In this document: in pieces, positions 48,778-60,959 of the stretch
How the letters are laid out: every line of letters starts with the position of its first letter
How positions within the stretch are numbered: the first letter of the stretch is position 1
Source: Ascidiella aspersa
Taxonomy: Eukaryota
Direction: 5' to 3'
Assembly: GCA_963924565.1 (NCBI GenBank)
Contig: OZ004609.1
Coordinates: 5,580,001 to 5,644,000, forward strand
Length of the DNA stretch: 64,000 bases
Position numbers and translations under genes: made by a program
Notes under the pieces: generated by a model
Seen by the model: the letters and a program-made list of their open reading frames with translations, nothing else
Database searches by the model: none
What the model was told of the DNA's origin: nothing

Positions 48778-51259
48778 CTAAAGTTCTACCACCACTGTTT
48801 TAGCAGAGAAATGTGGAGGTTTGATGTTAGCCATGATATTTTCACCGGAGACAGAGTCACTATACTCGGAATATTTAAACTCCTTTATGACCTTTGCTCC
48901 TTCCAATCTTAGCCGAATATGTTAAAGTCACCTCGGCGAAAAAATATCTGCAACCCCCTTCTTTGGCAAGTTTCAACGATCTGTTAAAAATCAACATTAG
49001 TTTTAGATTTTTTGTGCTGCACCTAACACCTATTTTGAATTGTATTTTTTTCAGTGTTTGATTTAGTTGTTCGTTATTTGGGGATCCGCTTTAATTCAAT
49101 ATTATATAAAAAAAGAAATCTTAAATTTGTCGCTGTATAATCTCTTACAAGCGGCTGAATTGCGTTTTTTTTTCTTTTAACAAACCCTAAACAATTGACC
49201 AACTTAAAAGCCAGTTCGAAACAAAGACAAGACGCGTGTGACGTTTTTGCAAGTTTATTGGTAAATGGGAGAGTTCCAGGGTCATCGAAATCTGTTGATC
49301 AATAGTGCAAAGCAGGGTAGGCTAGAAAACAACTAGCCTGCATTGAGGTTCGAACTCACGACCTCCGATCATATCGGGACGGTCGCTCTACTAACTGAGC
49401 TAAACAAGCTCAGAAGGCAGCGAGTCGAGAAGCAACCATACCCCAATGCTTGCTAGATTCTGTTAGTAACTTCGTATTGAAGGGGATATACAGGATAATA
49501 TTTTACTTAATTAAAGATGCACACATAGGTGTGTTAACAACTGTGATCTAGCGTATATGTTATATATCTTGTGCTGGAAATGTACATCTAAGGTTGGTAA
49601 TGAGTGAAATTCAGAGTCGATGCCCGCAATCTAGTGGAAGTTTCGGCGATACCATGTGAGCATCGGGGCCGATAAAAAATTAATACCAGAATTCGAGTAT
49701 CGAAACAAGTTGTACTGGACATCTGAAAGTGGAATATTTTTTGTATTAATAATTCATAACCAAACTACAGTTTCCCATCAGCGTTAAAAGCGATGTTGGT
49801 TTCTCTAATTTGGTATTAAATAATGTTTTGAATGGACTTGGTTTGACAATAAACTTGTTACTTATTGCAAATTACCCCAGGTATTGGATTACATTAACAA
49901 CACTGCTAACGGAATTTGTCAAACCAAAATTCAAGGGGTTAAAAAGAAAAAGATTCGCCAATTTATGTTTTTTAAAAATAGATTTAGATTTGCTGAGTCG
50001 TACAATATTATTAAAACTTAATTTTAATATTTTTTTTTTATCTTTTTTAACCTGTTAAAACATAAAGTTTATCTTTGCGGCATAGGTTGGCTGTGGCAAT
50101 ATTGAAGTCGTAAAAACAGCAAAGCATTCTTAATACTCTGGATAGATTTGGGAAGACATAACGTTCTTTCGAATGAACAGCATAAATAAACACTAAACTA
50201 GACTATAGGTTGTCGTTTCATCTTACTTGTGAATAAGAGCTCCACCCAAACCCAAATCGAAGAAATCTTCAATCACGGAGACCCCTAAACCTGTCATGAA
50301 CTTTTGTTTGCCAGCATAAGACTCAATGACGTTATCCGGACCGAAAGACAAGCACTGGGACAACTGAAACAATGATACAAAGCTTGGAAAATTGACTCAA
50401 AAAAAAAATTAAATGTTTATTGTCACCGAGATGCTTAATTCTAACAGCTATTGTTTTTATTTATATCAACTGTTGCAAGCAAGAATTGCCTCTGGTAGAT
50501 AATTGTAAATTTAAATAATAAAATATATGCTGAATAGGGAGATAGATTTGTTTTTGCCTAACTCAAAATCGCAAAAGATTTTGGCCTTTTTACTAGATAT
50601 AGTGATTGCTTGCTGATACCCTGTGCAAATAAAGCTGGTTATAAATGGCAACTTAGATAATTAGCCATCCTCTACACACTACACAATGACCCTTGGGCCT
50701 TAGGTTACCTGATTAACATAAAATGTTAACTTCAAACCTACCCTGTATATTTGTTCAAGTTTTTTTTAAGTTTCCTTCCATCACCCCAACTGCATAGTTT
50801 GTTACTTGGCGAATAAGGACCGAATACCATGCGAACGGCAACAATCTTGTTGTTTTTGCTTGGGACGTACGCAGAAATTGACTGGCCATCATTTTTACTT
50901 CCCTAAAACGTACATTCGAGGTTATTAGGGCAGTCCAAACAGCTTTTTTGATCAAACTAATAAACAAATATTGAAACGACAAATGTAAAGCACTTAGAAC
51001 ACTTATCTTATCCGAAATATAGCAGTATTTCTTTCCAAAACTTTTATCAACCGATAAATAAATGTTAGGGCTAGAAAATACTAGTTGTTTACCCAGTATA
51101 TATTGAATTGATCCAATCCGGTGTTTTCCGTTTTATGCAAGTCCAACCGTTGAATTAGAAGGTTCCAATTTAATGTAGTGATTCACCATAATATCTTTCA
51201 CTTCTTCATAGTCATTTATCACGTCTCGGGTTTCCAATTGTTAAAAGCAAGTTTGACAT
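48778..51259 (-). pseudogene. AANAT-like GNAT pseudogene (copy D)
   Basis: Exon relics 51259-51093 (deletion and stop), 50902-50742 (frameshift), 50363-50227 (open: LSQCLSFGPDNVIESYAGKQKFMTGLGVSVIEDFFDLGLGGALIHK) and 48980-48778 (frameshift). Confidence 0.88.
49305..49545 (-). mobile_element. tRNA-derived SINE-like repeat
   Basis: The - strand reads agcttgtttagctcagttagtagagcg...gtgagttcgaacctcaatgcaggct (A and B boxes, acceptor-like stem, poor anticodon arm). Flanks are shared with the other copies. Confidence 0.7.
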
Positions 51260-51396
51260 TGTTGCTTGTCGCCGGTAGCTGTTTTCCTCGTTATTTAACG
51301 GATCGGGTAAACGCTATTTTATCGGGTAAGCGTTATTAAAAGGACAGTAAGATTTTCCTAGTACTCAGAATAGCCTACCTTGAATGACCGTTACAG

Positions 51397-51523
51397 GCAA
51401 GTAATAACAACAGCCAGTCAATAGGATCGTATGAACCGAGCTAAAAAACAAATGTCCTTTCTCACTAAAAAGAAAATCACAAAAAAAAAACGGCAACTTT
51501 TTAAACTTGAACAAATGTTCAGG
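51397..51523 (+). pseudogene. Highly decayed relic of GNAT exon 2
   Basis: acag|gcaagtaataacaacagccagtcaataggatcgtatgaaccgagc (ASNNNSQSIGSYEPS) and ...aaacttgaacaaatgttcagg (KLEQMFR). A possible exon 3 trace, gtatttgagttacatcatttg, lies at ~51868. Confidence 0.55.
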
Positions 51524-52840
51524 ATTAGTTCAATAATTTAACCTTTCTCAATTTTAACCGAGAGTCTAACTTAGCAGCCACAACTGTTTAAAAAAATGGT
51601 AAAAAAACGACCAAATCAGTCAGAACAGTTTTGTGGTTTAAAAAACACAAAGTATTAGGTAAAAGTGTGCTTTTCGAACAACCTGAAAACAAATTGAAAA
51701 AATCCATGTCATAAATCCTCTTGTAGAAATACGTGTAGCCTTATCAATAATTATTAATATAGAAACGTCCCTCTTGAGCTCTTTACACGTTTTCTATAAT
51801 AGACTAGTGTCGAGTTTTCACATTTTGCTGTTTGCACCAATTTACAATGCTTTACCAATACCGCCATGGTATTTGAGTTACATCATTTGAAAGATAAACG
51901 CCATGCATGATTTGTTGAACTTAGCGAGATTTTTTATGTGTTTTCCATACAGACTTAGAGCTGTTTGGGGAATTTCTCACTCAACATGTTTGTTCAAGCA
52001 ATATATGTACCACATTAAACCCATAAATTCAATATGTTTTGCGCTATGCGCCATTAACAATTTAATTCATCTGCATATTTGCACACGAGGTCGCTCGGTA
52101 ACAGCTGGTTTCTTATAATTACATGATTTATGGCGCCCATTAACGACTTTGCATTATCTTAAAAAATGTTTCGTTGTTTAAAATGTATTAAAGGCGAAAA
52201 TAAACGTAAAACATAAGTAGTATACAAAGGTTATAACATTTATTTGATCAAAAGTTGTTTACATCTTTGGAACACAATATACGTTTTTTACTAATTATGA
52301 TGAAAATATTAAAGCCATAATATTCGCTAAAATCGACATTTCGCCGTTTTTAGTCTTTTCAGCAATACCTCATGCCATCATCTGTGTAAAATTGTGAAGT
52401 TAAACGTCATAAAAGATAAAAAGGAGAAAAGATGATTGTATGCGTAGCGCTAGGTATTAAAAAGATATAAAGGTGCCGAGGTTGTATCGATGTTGAGTTC
52501 TGCTTTGTGATGTTGGATATTGGGTTCACGACATGACAAATATCGTTTATATTTGCTGGAGTCTCTGAAAAGCAAATGTATGGCTTTTGGAGAAAGTAAT
52601 AAGATGCCGCAAATAAAACGCCTATAGTATTCTTTAAAAATATATAAATTTATATTCACAAAATATCAACATGAATTGTATATTTTGGCTTAAAAGAACA
52701 AAAAAAAATAGGTAAAAAAAGTTCTGTAATTAATAAATAAGCGCAACGTCGGAGAACCAGCAAAATCTAATGTTCGCGAACATAATAAAAAAAAAGTTTT
52801 TTAAAGATTACTAAGAGTCACGTCACTGTTCGGCAACTTA

Positions 52841-55800
52841 TCATGAAGTTACTGTTTTGCGTTTGTCGAAAAGACACGACTGTAGAAAGGCTTCGCATTC
52901 TTCTTCGTACAGTTGTGGATACTTTCGAAGGTGAAGAACGTGCTTGGAGTCCTTAAAATCGACGCCTTTAACCGATGTATTGCCGTGTACACGAAGTTGC
53001 TTTATCGCAGCCTCAACATGCTTTGGGCCAATTACCACGTCCACTTGAGAATAAAGAAATAGATGCGGCCATTTCATGTCCGGGGTGACGTGCATTATCT
53101 GTATAACGGATACAACAAGTTTATAAAATCATGAGAGGTTGTTTATAGGTTACATAAAAAGAAAAAATAATACTAATCAGTGTGCGTCACCCAACAAAGA
53201 GAGCAACCATTGCAGTGTTCTAAATATTTCAGTCACTTGTTAAATCACAAGTCCAATTCAGGTATTTTTAAATAACTAACAAGTCATGTCACATTAAAAT
53301 CATACTTAGAGCAGGTCAAAGTGAAAAGCCCCCATTAAAAACGGCTAATAATTAAATTTGGAAACTCGTCACACTATGACCAATATAACCAAATATATAG
53401 CAGATAGTTTATTTAATGTGCAAAAATCAGGAGAAATATCAAGTTTTTAAAACCTAATTAATGGAAACAACTTTTCTTCACCCAACTCATTTGTTCTCAA
53501 GTCAAGTCAAGTCAAGTCAATTTACCCAAAATACTGAAGTCAAGTAAAGTCACCAAAACACATTGACTTAAGTGAATTTAATTGAAGTCATTGTAACGCT
53601 GACTTTGGCAGACACAACCTGCTGTCAATTGCCTCGTATTGTATAATGTGCGTGGGATGTTACAAGCATATAAGGCGAGAAAGTTTTTATAGCAACTACA
53701 ACAATAAACAGACTAAGTTCCTGTATTTTGCTATCAAGCTTACCTGCGTATTGCGCAATTGTTTAACCTGAACTTGTCACATTCGCAAATAAAACATTTA
53801 CAAGGCACCTTATTCGGCGTTATATATCACAGAAATCTTTCCACACAAAACCTTAAATCTTCCCAAAATAAATCAAGTTTGCTCTCATTTGACGGAGTCG
53901 AACTCGGAACTCTCTAAACGAGCGAGATCGTTCGAGAACTAAGTGTGACATATTTGTGCATTACCAAGTTCGTAACCGATAAAGCAGCACATTATAAACC
54001 GTTATGGTAAAAAAGCACAATTTCCACCCATTTAGGTTTACGGGGATAGATAAAATGCTAGGATAATGAGTCGGGGCCGGACACATGACTCGGTTAGTTT
54101 TCTGGGTGTCGGACTAGAGTTTATTTTATCGATCGGAGTCGGATCAGGGTTAATTTAAACGAGGGGTGGGCAACTTACGGTCCGCGGGCCAAATCAGGCC
54201 CGCCAACGCAAATTATCTGGCCCGAGATCTATTTTACAAACTGGGCACGAGGCCATTCTCCATATATTTTTGAATATTTCCACTACGTAAAAGCAAATAT
54301 TTTTTATATGTGATTAATTGTCGATTTGGGTAAAACTATGCTTACATAGTTAACATTTAACGGAGACATTTAACGGAGATAGACCTTTCTGAGTTTGGAT
54401 TTGGCCCGCGACTAGAAAAAATTGCCCACCCCTGATTTAAACCGACTTCGGTTGCAACACTTAGTTACCTCTTCCATTCCTTTGATGTCTTGCGCAAACG
54501 CGGCTAGATGAAGTCGATAAGCCCAGAAAATTGGCCACGTAATCAAAGCCGCAACTTGGCTAGAAATTCCCCATTTTCCCTTTAAATCAGCTACTATTGA
54601 GCCACGACCAAGTTCTAGAGAAAACTCAGATGGGCAGCTGTCCAGGACTGCGCCGATGACGTTGGAGTTTCCCGACTGCAAAAAATCGTTCAATCATTTT
54701 TCCATGTCTCTACAGTAATAAAGTTTGACGTTAGGGACTATAGGTTTAACATCAATTGCCACAACAACTAAACAGGCAAAATCAATTTTTAATTATGTTT
54801 GGGGGAGTTGACATAAAGTTCATTTTACGCAGACTGAACAAGACAGTTTTGTAAACAAGACATTTTGAAATAACTTACGTATGATTTAGGTCTAAATAAT
54901 ATTTATAATAATAGCTCCAAATCAAGTATTCTTGCAAAAAATTAATTCTAGTGATTTGTTTAAAAGCATAAGTTATGCAAGAATTTTTGCCCAAATAACC
55001 TAGGTGACGAGAAAAGTGCACGTAAGTGATTGACTTAAGTCATCAGATCACTGAAATACGATATGCTGTATACTGAAACCCTACCTGTGGTTGAATTTTT
55101 AGAAAGTTGCGGTAAAGATTAAACCCGCCATTGCTGAACACGTGGAACATAATCGGGTTTGACGAGAGGTTGTTTTTTTCCAGAACTTTCCAGCATTTAA
55201 TCGCTTTTTCCGTTCGTGTTTTTGAGTTCGGGTCTGAGAATTTGTTTCAATTATAACAAAACTATTATGACCATTTTATATTATTATTTCAAAAAATCTC
55301 TACTTAAATCAGGTATATCCTGCTTAGCTAACCTAAAGCAAAACAGTAATATTTTTATAACATTATGTTGTTGTTATGTGAGTGTTAATTATTATAGGCA
55401 CTAACATCGTAAAAATTCCATAACGCCGGGTAAACCACAGGTTATTGTGATGCAATCTTTCCTGAGGTACAAGTCCTGATATTTAGTCATCTGTCGACTT
55501 TCAGAACCAACCCATCCAAAAATGAAAACCACCGGGGTTTGGTCTGTAATGTCTGAAAAAAATCGTTACCTTTTTAGTGTCCTTAACCTTGGGGTGAACA
55601 TATCCAATTTAAAACGTCTGTATTTTATCAATAAACCAACAAAACTAGAATAGCCTTACGATTCGTACTCAAACAACAAATTAAAAGAATGGATACTCGA
55701 GTTAAGGCAGTAAAACAAAGCATCTTATTAACATTCGTAAAATTACCACTAAAAGTTTGCCCGTACTCACCTGAAGGAAACTTTACATTTGGAGCTACGT

Positions 55801-56168
55801 CTTTAATGAGGAATCCTGTAAATGCCTATAAATAAAAACATGTAGCCTACCGGGCTTTGCTTTTTAATTCATGGGCCCTGTATTATTTTCAGCAGATTGG
55901 AACAACAAACTGCTTTTGCTTAAATGGGTTCTATATTACTTAACACGAATACTATTTTTAAATATTTACGCTACTTCGCCGTGAAGGTCTTGTTCGAGTT
56001 GAATATTATACCACGAGCGTTTATTTTCTTAAAGATTTATTTCCATTTAAAAATTTAATACAGAAGCATTAGAATGTGGTTTACCTTTTGGAAGAACGAT
56101 ATTAACCTTACTGTAAAGTAACGAACCAAGTATAGAAGTTTGGATCCAATGGTATACAAAATATCCAT
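52841..56168 (-). CDS. TMEM53: TMEM53 / DUF829 alpha/beta-hydrolase-fold protein, ~299 aa
   Basis: Exons 56168-56085, 55825-55771, 55552-55406, 55233-55085, 54675-54469, 53098-52841 total 900 nt in frame. Motifs PVVFIFGWVG, FHVFSNGG, VLDSCP, LFLYSQVD and SKHVLHLRKYP. The first two exons are less certain. Confidence 0.9.
54161..54434. mobile_element. hAT MITE (274 bp) nested in an older ggagtcgg-rich element
   Basis: TIR GAGGGGTGGGCAA / TTGCCCACCCCTG and TSD ATTTAAAC. Confidence 0.88.
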
Positions 56169-58735
56169 TTTGTCACAAATCTAAGCAACACCTGCAAAAG
56201 CAATTATGCGAAATTAATATTATCTTGAGCACTACTTCAACCAATTTCCCTATTCGATACATATAGGTAATAAGCTTTTCCACAAATTTAGCATCAGGGG
56301 CGGATTAGGATTTATATTGGGGAGCATGAGAATTTCTTAAGATGTAAAGGCCCCAGAGAGCAGAATAAAAAATGCAGTTGTTACAAAACATAAGTCCCCA
56401 AAACAAACTAAATGACGCCACAAAGCCACAAAAATTCAAGCAGACCGCGAAAATATTTGTACTTAAGTAGGAAAAATATGTAACTATACATTTTGCCATA
56501 TAGCCTCGTCTACCCGCAGCTTTGCTTGCTGCATTCTGGTTAACAACGCAAATAACTTCATATTGAAGAGGATCTACAGTAACATATTAGGGTAGTAAAA
56601 ATACAAAAACAAAAAAATGCGTAAAGCGATCATTTTCTGTTATGCAATAAACCCTTGGCCTAAACAAAAAATTGGCAGACGCAAATGTATACTACATGAA
56701 CTTGTACTTGGAAGTATTTCTTTTTGTGTTTCATTTGTTATCTATATATTTATTGGTTGTAGTTCACCTCAACGTTTAAACAAGTATAAAAGAAGGGGAG
56801 CATCAAATAAAGCTTACTAGGGGTTTGTCAAGAATAATATTTGTAGCAAAGTATATGCGGTACTTGCAAAAACAAATTAATTTCACCAAGCAACATTGTT
56901 TATTAAAATCGTATCCGACCAGTTCGGGCTTGCAAAATTGCAGCTGTATAACAAATCTTCACTAACTCACCACTTAACAGCATCACTGTGTTAATCTAGC
57001 TTACCGGTAATTGTATTTGTAAATTAGCGCAAGCTATATGCTATACAAACCGCCTGCGTGTAATAGCTGCTTTGTAACGGAAGTCACGAACGATTACAGC
57101 TCAGTATTTCACGTCGCGTGTAAGCATGACATGCTAGCTCTGGTTTGTTTGAGATTTTTGACATAGTCTTACAATGTTTTTACTGAAAGGCTATCATCAA
57201 TCAAAGAAATTGTACAATGACGTTCTAATAGTCGGTATACTGTTTCAATGTTTCTTTTAAAGTTTTTAAATATTTTTTTGGAATATCGTAAGTTCTGCGA
57301 TGAGTTGACCTGTTCAGCTAAACTTCGGTCTATTCTACAAGTAACATCTCAATGTACACTTTCAAACACAACTGACGTTTCATATTGGCAAAATGGAATT
57401 AAATACTGCATATAAATCTAAGTAAAGTTGTTGCGCCCCCGCCGCGAACTGCGCACTGGGGCCTGGCCCCTGACCCCATACAGTTGCCCGGCGGGTCGCA
57501 ACCGCGCGAGTTCTTGTTGTTTGCAAAGGTTTCTGGTCAGATATGCTACCTGTCATAACCACAACTAAAATTCCAATCAAAAGTATATTGTTACAACGAA
57601 TTAAAACGTTATCAAATAGCATTAGTGAACGTTATTTTCAAGTTAATGTGAGACAGGCAGCCACCGCCTATTGCAGCGACTGTCGGCTAAAACTTCGCAA
57701 AAGACTTCTCTAGAGAAAAAGCTCGGGAGTAAGAGGTCAGCAAAACAAGTGACTTGTTTTGCAGAACGTGAGAATATCGCCCACAAGACTGACAGTTATA
57801 GATTACGAGATTAAAGGTTACATGTCAAGTTTGACACGAGGCGAACTAAAGCAGAAAAACTTAGGAATTTTACACACAACAATACAGAAAACTTTACATC
57901 ATCAAATATGTTATTTTGTAACTGAAGAACATATTTGGCAAACGAAAGCTGAAACGCGTAATCTAAAACCCTATTTATCACATCGTAAAATCACTTAATG
58001 AACTCTAAGATTTGGCTTATGGCAATTAATTAATTTAGGTGTTTAAGTGTTGATAAACACGTAACAAAAGTCCAATAGAGTTTTCATAGTAACAGTAATT
58101 TTACTCAGTGAGTTTTGTCCTGCCAGCGCCAGTTATTCATACAGGATATTTACGGCGTGGTCAGTTTTCGAATCGGGCTGTGTTTTGCCTTTAGGCTAAC
58201 AGTCGTTTCAGAAGCACATCGAAGCATGTTTCATATACGTTACATACATAACCATTTTGTCCTGGCTCTACAAACAGTTGAACCTACTGGCGTCTCGAAT
58301 GGACTCCAGGGAAATAATTAGACGCCACCAAGTCCCGAGTCTAACCCCGAATTCGCAGTCCCTATTTCTCCCTCTTTGGTATACAGCAGAAGTGCGCAAA
58401 GCACTGCCCCATTTCTGTGAATTATCTTGATTAACAGTGATATAAACGATAACCGCCTTGTATTGATATTGCTAATTTTGAATTCGAATTTGTAGTTTGT
58501 CCCAAGTAACAATTTCTGTGAACAAGTTTCCGACAAGGCTATAGAAATATATTTCGTAAGTGGTGCAAATCCCTCATAACACTATCAACTGTTAGTCGTT
58601 AATATAGTATACAGTGCTAGTGCGACAAAGGATTTTCAGGCATTTATTAACTAAATTGCCTCAAAAACTGTTTAGGCAATTGAGAGCATAAACAGCCTGC
58701 TAAATAACACCACACAAACAGCTACAAGTGGGAAT

Positions 58736-60959
58736 TTATTTATAAAGTTCGATAACCGCAGTTTTAGCAGAGAAATGCGGAGGTTCACATTGAGCCATGA
58801 TCTTTTCACCCGTTACCGAATCCTCGTACTCCGAATACAGAAGCTCTTTGAGAAATTTCGCATCGTGGTGTTCAAATATCTTGGTTGAGTAAGCCGAAGT
58901 CAACTCGGTAAAAAAATACTTACAACCAGCCTGTTTGGCAAGCTCCAGTGATCTTTAAAGAAATACATTAAAGTTTTAAAAAAAGCATTGTGCAGTTTGT
59001 GTAACACTGCTGTGGTGATAAAACTGGTGGTTAACAGGTTATATGATTTATTAAAACAGGCTCCGTAAAGACCCTGCTAGAAAAATGTTCTGTTATTAAA
59101 AACAAAAATGCTCTTATTACAAAGTCTTGAGCTTAAAATCAATTGCCAAAACCCCTTGGATATAGAATACCTTATTTCTATGACGCTGCTATATTTTGTC
59201 ATAGCGGGACGTGTAACACAAGACAAACTACGGAAACCCAAAATTATTGTATGATGTACTGCACCAATATACAACTGAATTAATAGTTGAAATGCATTCA
59301 TGAATATGGCAGGATGGTCTCTAAAACACGAAAATAGCCCGAACAAAATTTTTTTTTTTCTTAATATTATTTGACCGAAACGCCATTCCATTTTACTGTA
59401 ACCACTAGTTTTACCTTACTTGCTAGTTAGAGCTTTAGCCAATCCATAACAGAAGTATCCTTCAACAACGGAGACCATCAATCCTTTAACAAACGTATGA
59501 TCTCCAGCGTAGGACTCCACGATTTTGTCCGGGCCGAACGACATACACTCCATCATCTAAAAAAAGACGAAGAAACATTTACTGGTATAGCTGTTGTGAA
59601 CGCAGTAGGTAATAGTAATAACAAAACGCCTGGTACTGCAGCTCATCTCTCTAGAAAGTCAATTCAGAATACCAGATTTGTAAGTCAAGGAGGTCAGTAT
59701 TTTACTTACCTGGAAATCTTTACTTGTTAAATGACTTTATTAACTGTATTAATCCATGGGTACGTTGCTTACTTTTACATTGAAATTAAAAAAATAATTA
59801 ATCTCATCACTTGTTGTATGTACGCCGTACGGACATCGATTAAAATGCTTTACTATAGTGGTATAAGGAAACGTAGTATATTGTGATGCGCTGCTGTATA
59901 TATTGTGAAACGCAGTTTGTAGCGATACGCCTTCATCATTTGCCTAATTTTAAACAACGTTTGTTGGTTTACAATTATAATTATGGACTCAATGTGATCT
60001 GATGTGAAAAAAATTAGTCATTGAAAAGTCATTTTGGTTAACAACAAGGGCAACTGAGGTACTTACCCTGTATATTATCTCAAGTTTTATTGGTTTCTTT
60101 TGTTGATTTCCCCAGTTGGATGCTTTATTGCTTGGTGAGTAAAGGCCTGATACCATCCAAATAGCCACAATCTTGTTGTTTTTGCTGGGATCGTACGCGC
60201 ATATTGACTGGCCATCCTTTACACTTAACTGTACATCAAAATCGTACATTTTAAATAAGAACTATATAAACACATTTTTTGAGTAAAATATTTTGCAATC
60301 TCCATAGTGTCATAAAGACAATAAATTGGACATATAGATCTGTAAATAAAACATTTTCATCTTATGCCACAAGATTTAACCTTTATTATTTACAATTCAA
60401 CACCTCATCGGTTTCTGAATTTTGCGCATGGGTAGTCGGACTTGGGACTTGGATACTTTTACTTGAGTGTCGAGTTTCGAGTCCGATTCAAGCCAAATAA
60501 ACCTATTCCGTGGAGACGCGAGTTTGCAACACTGCTTATACCCAGGTAAAGACCGGAAGCCTTCGACAGATTAACCAAATCGGAGGATCAAACATGCAAG
60601 CAAGGTAGGCTAAAAAAACAACTATCTGCGGCGAGGTTTGAACTCACAACCTTCGCCGTACCCGGACCGTCGCTCTACCAGCTGAGCTACAAAGGCTCAC
60701 AGGGGAGCACGTTGAGAACCAACCATGACGCCCTTGCTTGCAGCATCCTGTTACAAACAACTTCATATCTCACCCAAATATCGCTGACAAGGTCCAATGC
60801 CCCGTTATCCACTGTAAGTCCAACTGTAGAATTAAGGGGCTCCCACTTTATGTAATGATTTAAAATGACATCCTTCACTTCTTCAAAGTCGTTTGTAACT
60901 AGTTTCCTCCAAAAAAATTTACGTTTCGCGTTTTCAATTGTCAAAAGTAAGTTCGGCAT
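58736..60959 (-). CDS. Insect-AANAT-like GNAT acyltransferase, intact, 233 aa (copy E)
   Basis: Exons 60959-60774, 60228-60067, 59556-59420, 58952-58736 total 702 nt in frame, GT-AG. Motifs HYIKWEPL, VSVVEGYFCYGLAKAL, ELTSAYST and EPPH. Confidence 0.9.
60590..60768 (-). mobile_element. tRNA-derived SINE-like repeat in intron 1 of copy E
   Basis: The - strand reads agcctttgtagctcagctggtagagcgacgg...gtgagttcaaacctcgccgcagat. Flanks are homologous to the 49.3-49.5 kb copy. Confidence 0.7.

Noticed and set aside
49335-49410. Functional tRNA gene (also ~60622-60697)
   Set aside because: The anticodon arm does not fold, the copies are mutually diverged, and they share flanks, so they are repeat-derived.
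58115-58536. Short ORFs between TMEM53 and GNAT E
   Set aside because: No recognisable homology or exon structure.
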